From the NCBI GenBank assembly GCA_000388065.2, contig KB932203.1: a DNA stretch of 41,784 bases; one strand, given 5' to 3'. A program made the translations under genes and the position numbers. Below are positions 1 through 9,600 of the stretch, piece by piece; within the stretch, counting starts at the first letter, position 1, and each line of letters begins with the position of its first letter. Under the pieces are notes generated by a model. That model worked only from the letters and a program-made list of their open reading frames with translations. It made no database searches and had not been told where the DNA came from. This stretch comes from Fonticula alba ATCC 38817. Lineage: Eukaryota > Protista > Nucleariida.

Positions 1-325
1 CCCCCCCCCTACCCCTCGCCCCCGCGCCCTTCCGGCCCACTGGCAGGGCAGGCCGTGGCACCCTCGGATGGGAGTCTGACGCCGGAGAACTGGGTCTGGT
101 GGAGCGCCCGCGATCGGTGGCACTTGGGCCCCCAACTAAAGCCGGCCCTCGAACAGCCCACGACTCGCCCCAAGAGCCGGGACACCAAGACCGGACTGGC
201 CCGTGTTGGCGGGCATCAGCCTCCATGCACGCCTGGTCCTCCTGCCTGTCCCTCCTCCCCCTCCCTCCCGCCCCGTTTCCTCCCCTCCCCCCCCCGCTTT
301 CCCCTTCTTTCCCAGCTCGTCCACA

Positions 326-1132
326 ATGAGTGCCCCTCCGGTAGATCCCCCCGGAGGGGGTGGCCAAGGCACTGGTGGCGGAGGCTCGGACCCGACGGAT
401 CCCCGCTTCCGGGAGTACTACTGGCAGCAGTACCACCTCTTTCACTTTGGTTGTCCCCCGTCGAGCCCGGCGCCGGCCTTCCTGCCCGGGCTCGATGGGC
501 CGCCCTCGGCGGCGCCAATGGCCACGGCGGCCTTCCCATCGGAGCCTGAGGGCCATGGGCCTGCACCGCACTGGCACCACCAGCCTCACCCGCATCATCA
601 CCACCACCCACAGTACGATCCGTATGCCGGCTCCTGGCAAAGCCATCATCCTGGCTTCCCGCAGGGATCGCACGCGGCCCATGATGCCCCGGGCCTTCAT
701 CCTGGCTATTGGCCGAATGTCCACCCCGGCCACTGGCAGGATTTCCACCATATCCCCCAGTATGACCGTCAGCATGGCCCATCATACGGCTCTCGTCCGG
801 AGCTTCGGCCCCACACCCCAGGCTGGCCAGGCTCATGGGACCTGCCGCCGGGCCGGGGGATACCTCCACACCGGCAGGCAGCCCCGTCGGCAGCCGCCGA
901 TCTCCCGGATCCCGACTTGGAGCCCTGTGGCAAAACCTTCCCCTCGACAGTGCAACTTCAGTGCCGCATTGCCCGAGCCCACCGCGGCCCCATCAACTCC
1001 ATCACCTGGTCGGGTGCGTGCACCATGTCTGTCTCCATGGCGTCGATGTTCCGCTCTCCCCTTGAGACATCCAAGCACGCACGCGCCTTTCCCTTCCATC
1101 CCTCTTTCTCTAACACACACACGCACACACAC

Positions 1133-1170
<38 letters not shown>

Positions 1171-3000
1171 GCACGCACACACACACGCACACGCACGCAC
1201 GCACGCACACACACACACACACATACACACGCACACACGCACGCACGCACACGTACATGTGGTCTTCGCGACAAAAACACTGGCAGGCGATGGTGCATAT
1301 CTCTTCACGGCCGGCACTGACGAGATCATCCGGCTGTGGAACCCCTCACGCTTTACCGACAGTGACCCCGCCCACGGGCCACTCCCCATCAAGGAGTACA
1401 AAGGCCATAGTGGGTCCATTTCGGCCGTTGCCCTGTGCGTTCAGCAACATGTGAGATGTGGCCCGGTCGCGGCAATGCCCTGACCCCATGACCGCGATCT
1501 GTTCCCCTTTCGCCGCCCCTCCCGCTCCACAGCACCCCCTCGGACAACCTCCTGGCCAGTGCAGGCCAAGGCCGGCAAATCTACCTGTGGGACCTGGCCA
1601 CCGGGACATCGATCCGCCGCCTGCCTGGCCACCAACGGGTACGAGCTCTGTTTGGCACATGCGTGCGCACGCCGCGCGGTGTATGCTGACCCGCGTGCAT
1701 CGGCCTCCGGCCTGCCCCTCTTGACCATAGGCAACCAATTGCCTGGCCTTCCACCCGGCGATCCCCACATCGGTCTTGCTCTCCGGTGGCGCTGATAATG
1801 CCGTCTGTGCGTGGGACCTCCGCGTGGGGGGCGCCGCGCGGCCCGCGCAATCCTTCGGCGCGACGGCCAACAGCGCCTCGCCGCGCCTGCCACGCTTGGT
1901 CCGTCAGATTCAGTCCCTGCGGGAAGCGCGCGACGGCGTGTCGGGCCTCGGGGTCCTGGAGCACGCGGTTGTGGTCGGCAGCGTCGACCATTCGGTACGA
2001 GTATATGACCTGCGCACTGGCCAGTGTCTGGAGGATGACCTTGGAGGTGCGTATGCAGGCGCGCAGGCGCACCGGCGCACACGAGCATCTTGTCGGCTGC
2101 TCGTGCGCCACACGCGTCTTTCGCCCTCCTGCAGCTAACACCCTGTCCATGGCTGCCGGGGGACATGCGCGCGCGCGTGCATGCGCACACCCACACCCAC
2201 ACACGATCAAACACACAAACATGCCCGTCCCCCCTCCCTCTCTGCCTGCGTAGATGCGGTCACTAGCTTGACAGTCTCCAGCGACCCGGATGCCGCCCAG
2301 GGCGGCACAGCCTACCTGGCCAGTTGCCTGGATGGAACCGTGCGCCTGGTTGACTATGACACTGGTACCGAATTAAACCGGTATGTGCTGTTCCCTTTGG
2401 CATATGGCCTGTTTTGCCCCCCCCCCCCCCGCTCCCGCCCGCCCGAGCCCGCCCCGTCTCTCCCCTTCTACTTGAACACCTGGCCTGACGCCCCTCGCCC
2501 AACTGGCTGCCAGCTTCGCCGGCCATCGCCACACCAAGTACCGCCTGCAGTCGGCCATCGCCAGCGATGACGCACGAGTGTGGAGCGCCAGCGAATGCGG
2601 TGCCGTGTATGTCTGGCCAGTGGGGTTCCCCTTTGATGCGGACGTCCCGGAGTCCGCGTCCGCCAGCGGCCGGACCCCGATGATTTCGGCACGGCATGGG
2701 TTCCACCGGTCGCGCCGCCTGGCCACGGCCCCGGTGGTGTCGGTGGCCGCACATCCGTCTATCGCCTGCCCGGCGGGCGGACCTGCCGGGCCTCCCCGGG
2801 GCTCGAGGTCCGCCCACAGTGCTGTCCCCCTGGCCGGGGCCGATGGCGAGACCGATGATGTCCTGCGACCGGACGGATATGTCGGCGGATCGGCCAGCAC
2901 CGGCGCGGACTCCGCGACACCGATCTTTTCCGGGCCGCGGGTCGCCGCATCCGGCACCTCGGCCGGGGATCTGTGCTTCTGGCTCAGCACCCAGGTGTGA
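326..3000 (+). CDS. WDR83: WD40-repeat protein, WDR83/MORG1 homolog (6 exons), with a long His/Pro/Gly-rich N-terminal extension
   Basis: Exons splice in frame with GT-AG introns (e.g. intron 1 is 1014-1286). The product reads [129 protein letters not shown]. The EARDGVS and GSVD..VR.YDLR.G motifs match WDR83 as recalled. Confidence 0.88.
1093..1253 (+). repeat. Compound (CA)n/(CACG)n microsatellite in WDR83 intron 1
   Basis: Directly visible. It produces the spurious (HT)n/(CV)n peptides in the ORF track. Confidence 0.95.
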
Positions 3001-3435
3001 ACCTCGAGCTTGGCGAAATGCCTCGCGCGGTCCCCGCCACGGTCGGCCCTTTCTTCGCTCCCCGGGCTAATATACACATAGACAAGAGCATGGCACAGTG
3101 AAAAGGAAAGCGGGCCTGAAAGAGGAAAACGGGGCCACACCGGACCCCGAGTGGGGTGCCAACGCATCACACGATCGCCAGCCATTCATCGGTGGCCTGT
3201 GTGCGTGTGTTCGAGCCAGGGGGGAGAAGGGCAAACCAGACTGCCCCCCCCTCCATTGCCCCTGCGCTCCGTCCCCCCCCCCCCCCCCCCCTGGCGCTCT
3301 CCCCCCGACGCGGGCCTTCTCCTCTCCCGCGCTCGATCCACTAACCCCGGCCCCGAGATAGCTCGCATACACACACCCACACCCACACACATCCACACGT
3401 GCCGGAACACACGGGCCTCCCTTCATTCGTCCAAC

Positions 3436-3900
3436 ATGGCCGACCATTCGGATAAGGAACTTTCCTCGGTGAACGAGCGTCTGCGCGAGTTGACTGGCCT
3501 CAGCGTCGATGAGATGGTGTCCGACTCTCTTGGAGCTCTGCTCGGTCGGGATGCCGACCTCAATGACCCGGATGCCGTTCCGAATGCCCTGGTCAGCGCC
3601 GGGGCTGGCTCCCTGCTGACCCAGTTCCTCTCCTCGATCGAGGGCGACGGCTCGCAACTGCCCGAGGGCGACGAGGAGGATGCCTCGCTCGGGGCCCTGA
3701 ACGAGACCCTGGATCTGGCGCTGCTCCTGGCCGATCAGCTGGAGAAGAAGGCCGACCTCTTTCAAGAGCGACTGCTCGCGGTCCTGGCCCAGATCCAGAC
3801 GGTCGATGGCGACGACGACGACGACGTCGCCGCCGCCGAGCAGCAGGATGCCCAGCAGCTGGAGGAGATCGAGGACGAGCAGCCCCCGCAGCAGGAGTAG
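3436..3900 (+). CDS. 154-aa acidic coiled-coil protein, probable bublin/C9orf16 (UPF0184)-like
   Basis: Intronless ORF with strong C/G-ending codon bias and an ACAATG/AACATG-like start context. The segment ALNETLDLALLLADQLEKKADLFQERLLAVL aligns without gaps to the recalled human BBLN core AINSMLDQINSCLDHLEEKNDHLHARLQELL. Confidence 0.7.
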   Translation: MADHSDKELSSVNERLRELTGLSVDEMVSDSLGALLGRDADLNDPDAVPNALVSAGAGSLLTQFLSSIEGDGSQLPEGDEEDASLGALNETLDLALLLADQLEKKADLFQERLLAVLAQIQTVDGDDDDDVAAAEQQDAQQLEEIEDEQPPQQE

Positions 3901-4738
3901 CTAGACTGTTCCCCCTTCTCGCCCCCCCCCCCTGACAGGGACACTCCCGCACCTACATACATATTTACCTTTGTACACAAATATATCACTGCCTCTCTGG
4001 TGGCCATCTGCGGGGAGAGATCCCGCCATTCCCCTGGTCTTGTCAAACTGTCCGGCGCTCTCTGGATTTACGGCGGGCAAGGCTCCCCCCTGCCCGAAGG
4101 ACGATGGCACTGGGCGGGGGCGTGGCTATTCCCCCTCCGAGGGGATGGGGAAAAGAAGGTCAATTGTGTGAGGGGGGGGGGTCAAAAACCGAGCAACTGC
4201 CAGCGCGCGCCCAGCTCCGACTGAAGCTCGCTGGACCGGTTCCGGCCAAAGGGAGAGAGAGAGAGAGACGGCCCCCGCCCCCCGGGGCGGCCGGGCGGAC
4301 ACCATACGTCAGGCCCGCCATCCTCATCCTTTGTTTGGAGTGCCCGCTCGCGATCCCAACATGGATGGTTCTCTCGGCCTTCCGGGCCTGGGGAGCCCAA
4401 TAGCCGAGCCTGAGTTGACACTTTCCAGACACCGGTTCCTCCTCCGACCGATGATCGGCGAGAAGCATACCCCCTCCCCTTCGCACGCAGACAGACACCC
4501 ACACGCACAGCCTGCGCCCTGCGCCCCACACCCTTCCCTGTCCTTCTTGGCCCCTCGGCGCTCCTCCCTCATCCCTCCTCCCCGCCTGCCCGTTCTTTGC
4601 AAGTACACACACATACATACACATACACGCACACGCAAACATACGCGCAATCGCGCATACGCGGATACAAACATCGACTTGGCCCCCCCCTGCTGAAGCC
4701 ATCGGCCCACGCTCCCCACCAGCGGGGATCGATGTGCG

Positions 4739-5497
4739 ATGTCGGCAAATCGACCACCCCCACCGCCGGCCGACCGCCGCGCTAGCCCACGAGCCCCGGC
4801 TGCCAATGTCGGCTCGGCTACCCAGCCGCCGGCCTCCCGGCCCGGAGCCCGGCCAGCCGCTGCCCCGGCCAATGTCGCCATTGCTGCTGGCAGCCCAGCT
4901 GATGCTGCGGCCGGCCCAGCCAACAACACTCCAGCCGATCCCGAGGCCGGCAGCCTCCCCCTGCAGCTGCTGAACACCGTCGGGCTCCTGTCCTTGGCCA
5001 ACCTGCCGGACAATTCCCCGGGGACCCTTTTTTGCGGGGACTTCGCCGCCAACACCCGGGCCGTCATCCAAATCCTTAGCATCTACAGCTTCACCCTCGG
5101 CGGGCCGATCGCCCTGTGGCTCTTCATCCTGCGGATTATTTTCACAACGGTGCGCTCGACCCCGGCGACCGGGCTTCTCCCGGGGCTTCTCCCCTCCCTC
5201 GGCTTGACCTGACCTGCTCCCCCCCCCCTCCCTCGTCCCCCCATGCCCCTCCTTCTATCTGCTCCCTTCCCACCCCCCCACTTTCCCTGGTCCGATAGAT
5301 TATCAGCTTCTCCCATTCGACCGTCCTGCTGCAAGCGCGGGACGGCGTGCCCCCAATCTACTCCCTCCTGCTGGGGATCATCTTCCTGCTGTATGCCTCC
5401 TCGCGAGCGACCCTGCTCCTGGTCTCGCAAGCGGCTCGGAGCCCGTGGGATGTCAGTGGCACGCGCATCTGGTTTCTTTCCTTCCTGGCGCGTGCGT

Positions 5498-5558
<61 letters not shown>

Positions 5559-6029
5559 GCCTCCCGTCCCCCGTCCCCCCTGCTACTCGCCGCCGCACGC
5601 GCATGCACGCGCGCACGCGCGCGCGCGCACCTGACCCCCTGGTGATCCCCACTGCTGACTGCCTCGCTCCCAGCCCCCCAATACAACCCCAGCGCATCGC
5701 TCCTGCTGGCGGTGGACTTCTGCTTTTTCTTTCTCTCATGGCTGGAGCTGCGCCTGCCCTTCCAAGCCATCCGCAAGGAGTACCCCCAGGCGGGGTTCCC
5801 GTTTGGCCCGGACGCTGGTCGCCCTGGCGCATCCTCTCAGCCGGATGGCCGTGGCTCGCCTGCCGCCCAGGCCCCCAGTGCATCGGCCTCCACCCCATCG
5901 GAGCCGGTCGGCCATGTCTCCATCCAAATTGAGGCCAGCCCTTCCGGGGACGCGCCCTCCAATGAGGATGATCCCAACAACGGGGCCATGTTCGACCCAG
6001 ATGGGGCAATCGCCTTCGTCCAGTATTAA
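4739..6029 (+). CDS. Hypothetical multi-pass membrane protein (3 exons, about 4 TM segments); weak Dsc4/DUF1746-like resemblance
   Basis: Exons 4739-5149, ~5299-5491 and 5674-6029 join in frame, with a CTGAC branch point before the CAG at 5671-5673. Hydrophobic stretches include AVIQILSIYSFTLGGPIALWLFILRIIFTT, IYSLLLGIIFLLYA and SLLLAVDFCFFFLSWL. Confidence 0.7.
5499..5556 (+). repeat. 58-nt poly-C homopolymer in an intron
   Basis: Directly visible immediately after the GTGCGT donor at 5492. Confidence 0.9.
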
Positions 6030-6113
6030 TCCACACACATGCGACCCAGGGCGGCCGAGAGGGAAAGAAAGAACAGAGGCGCATGCGCGGGCTCGGGCCG
6101 GCCCTCGGCGGTA

Positions 6114-6341
6114 CCCAGCCCCCAGTACAATGCCCACCCTCTCTCTCTCTCTCCCCCCCCCCCCCCCGTCCCCCCCGCCCGGGCCCCCCATGCAACGCCT
6201 CCACGCCGCACCCAAGCACCAGNNNNNNNNNNCCCAGCCCCCAGTACAATGCCCACCCTCTCTCTCTCCCCCCCCCCCCCCCCCCCGTGCCCCCAGACAG
6301 GGCCCCACATGCAACGCCTCCACGCCGCACCCAAGCACCAG
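6114..6341. repeat. Apparent ~108-nt direct duplication flanking a 10-N gap (likely overlapping contig ends)
   Basis: 6114-6222 and 6233-6341 are near-identical and differ mainly just after the poly-C run. Confidence 0.8.
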
Positions 6342-6639
6342 AATATAATAGACGCAGCGCGTGCCGCGCCGCCGGCAGTGGGATGTCTATGTGGTATATT
6401 TCGGGAAGCACAAACGAGGCTCCAAGAAGGGGTAATATAAAAAGGGAAGGAAAGGGAAGAGGGGCGGAGGAAAAAAAAGAGCCAGAAGGGAGGCCAGAAT
6501 AAGGTGCACGCTGGGAGGTGAGAAACCAAACGGAGTCACAGCCGGGAAGAGCGGAGGGGACGAGGGGAGGCTGGCAAGATGCATGGCCTCCCGCTCCCGC
6601 CCCCCCCCCCCCTCACGCGTGCCACTTCCGTCTCCTCTC

Positions 6640-9600
6640 TCAGAAGTAACCCTCGGTCCGGAAGACCCGGTTGTAGTCCAGATCGCCGCCCGACTCGTCG
6701 GTCGACTCGGCAAACTGGAAGCGGTTGAGCACCGCATGATCCGGGCTCTCGACCATCGGCACATGCGAGCTGTCCATGGCATTGAAGGGCAGCGGGTTGA
6801 TGTCGACCTCGCCGGTGACCGCCTCGCGGATGTAATCCACGGTGTTGCTGGACTCCAGGAGGTCCATGAGCTCCGGCACCTGCTGCTGGAGGATGTGCTC
6901 GTGCTCGGCCGACAGGGTGGAGAAGCTGCTCCGGCGCAGGTAGTCCGCCGACACGGAGGCCGTCTCCTGGTTGCTCACAGACCAGGCATGGGCCGACCCG
7001 AGGCTGGCCAAAGCACGCAGGATGTTCTGGTCCCGGGGGTTCAGCATGCGAGCCTCCGGCGACAGGGCGCTGACCGCCGGCGCAGAGTAGAAGGCCTCCG
7101 CCTCCGGGGAGAAGAGAGCCTGATCGCTGGCATGGGGGAGCGACGTGTCCGAGGAGCTGGGACGACGGCTCACCTCCTCGATGAAGCGCCGGCGCACGGC
7201 CAGCTGGGTCTGGGCACAGGCGTAACCCTGGCGCTCGCGCTCCATGCGGAAGAACAGCGTCGACTCGGCCTCATCAAACTCACTGCGCTGCAGCATCTTG
7301 GTCGAGGCGAAGGGAGCCATGATCAGATCCACCGAGGTGGTCGGGCGCAAGCCAAGCTCAAGGATGCGGTCCTCCTGCGCGGCGGTCTCGTTGGTGGGGA
7401 AGTGCGACCGGAAGAGATCCGCCGCGGCGGTCAGGTTGTTCAGGGACGAGGCCTCATGCGCGGCCTTGGCGAAGCGCGACGTCCGAGAGTAGGTGCTCAG
7501 CGAGGCGCGCAGATTGGCGAAGTTGTGCGGCGAGGTCTTCAGGGCCAGGTTGAAGTCCTGCAGGAAGGGCGACGCCTCGAGGGCCGGGCTGCCGGTGGCC
7601 GGCCACTCCGGCATCGGGATCTCCTTGGTGACCGGGGCATTGACAATGCCATCGGCCGAGGCGCCCGAGCCAGCCAGCCCGCCATCGGGGCTGGTGACCC
7701 CATTCGCCGTGTTCAGGGCCACGGTCAGCTGCTCCGGATCCAGCAGCCCACCAGGGAAGGCCGCGGCATCCAGCCCAGTCGCATGGGTGGCATACTGCAT
7801 CAGGTGCAGCACACTCGGGGCCGCGGCGCCGGCCGAGGCAGCCTCAACACCGGCATCGGTCGAGAAGAGGGACATCTGCTCGTCGGTCGGGCAGCCAAGG
7901 GACCGGTGCAGCTGGAACATCTCGGCCGTGGAGTAGGCCAGACGCCGGTCGGTGGCCGAGGCAAAGCCCGGGAACCGGTGGTCCTCCTCGCGCAGGAACG
8001 GACGATGCTGCACCAGCACATCGAGGATGTCCTCCGCCAGGAACCCATACAAAGCATCAACCAGGCTGACCGGCAGGGCCGCCATGGAGGGAGCCTCATT
8101 CACCCGGGCCGACAGGGCCTCCAGCTGCTCGACGCTGGTCAGCGGCATGCCATCCAGCGACAGGACATTGCCGGCGCCGACACGCTGCAGGACCATCTTC
8201 AGCACCTGCTGCGGGGTCACCAGCGAGGAGATCTGCCGAGACACCCGCGGGTCCGACAGGAGACCGGAGTGGGCCACAAAGTGCAGAGCACTGTACCGGA
8301 GCCCGGCATCGATGGCCACGGCCGAGGCCATGGCCGGATGCTCGGTCATGACCATGAGCGCGGCGCGAAGCTGCTCCGGCAGCGAGCCGGTGGCCAGGAG
8401 CGGCCCATCGGGACCCAGGGCCACCGGGCCCAGCCCCGGCAGGGTAGCCTGCGAGTCGCCGATCGAGTCGCGGAAGCGCTTGACAAAGTCGAAGTGCTGC
8501 GGGAAGAGCCCCAGCAGGGCCGACATGGCGTACGCCCCGCCGGCCGGCAGGGAGCTCGGCATGGCCAGGTGGTGGAAGGGCACCACCTGGGAAATGACGC
8601 TGCTGTTGATGAGCCCCGGGTGCAGGTCGGCCGAAGTGGCCTCCACACCATCCTCGGCCGCGGTCTGCAGGAACTTGTTGCGCACGAAGTCCGGGAACTC
8701 CTGGATCGAGCAGGAGGCCGTGTCCTGGGCAAAGGCCAGGGCGAAGTCGTGCACAAAGTTCACCGCACTCGGGCGATAGGACCCGGCCATCAGGACCGCC
8801 GTGCTCGGGGCCTGGCCCAGCAGCGGCGAACGCAGGGAGGTCCCCTGCAGGCTGGCCAGACCGGACAGCGGGCCGAAGGAGGCATACCGAGCAGCCGGAT
8901 CGGCTGCAACGCCGGCCGGCATCTGCCGGATCAGATCCTGCACCAGGCCCGAAAGCGAAGCCTTGGTATTGAGCTGGCGCATGCGGGTCTCCACGTCATC
9001 GAGCTTGCACCCGGCCAGCAGGGCCAGCATGGCGCCCGAAGCCTTGGGAGCCGGCCGGCCGATCAGCGACTCGAAGGCCGTCGGCGTGTTGATGCCGGAG
9101 GAACCGTGGACACTGTCCCAAGTGCTGTCGGCCTCGGACTCGCTGGAGTCGAAGAGCGCCAGCCCGGTGTAGCGACTGCCCGAGGCACCGGCGGGCGCAT
9201 CGCCCGGCGTGGAGAACGACTTGAGGGCACGCCCGCTCGGGACACCCCACGAGCCATGCGAGGCGCCATCCGACGCGAAGGAATCCTCGCCGGACGACGA
9301 GGAGGACAGGAAGAAGGCGGAAGTGGCCTCGTGATCGAAGTCAAGCTCCCCGGCCGGGTTGGCCGAGAGGGAGGCCGTGGCGCGCTTGAGCTCCTCCTCC
9401 TCCTTCGAAGGGAACTTCCGATCGACGAAGTTCCGGGGGTTGACATCCGGCGGGGGGATGACCGGCAGGGACTCCGAATCCGGGGTCAGGACATCCAGCG
9501 CGTAGCCGGTGCTGGTGAGCAGCCGGCGCGCCGTGCCAGCCGGCGCCGAGAACATCGGCTCGCCATTCGGCATCTTCGGAATGATCGGGCCAAACACATC

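Noticed and set aside
1014-1286. Stop-free introns with lengths in multiples of three (WDR83 intron 1, 273 nt; MVK intron 2, 153 nt) as regulated intron retention
   Set aside because: Stop-poor introns are expected in C/A- and C-rich sequence, and other introns in the window are not 3n, so there is no evident enrichment.
833-1454. ORFs encoding (HT)n or (CV)n repeat proteins, also at 14110-14531, 21783-21980, 31253-31665 and 37157-38397
   Set aside because: These are translations of (CA)n/(TG)n microsatellites in introns or intergenic DNA.
6114-6341. Tandem duplication of ~108 nt
   Set aside because: The copies flank a 10-N gap and differ only next to the poly-C run, which is typical of unmerged contig ends with post-homopolymer errors.
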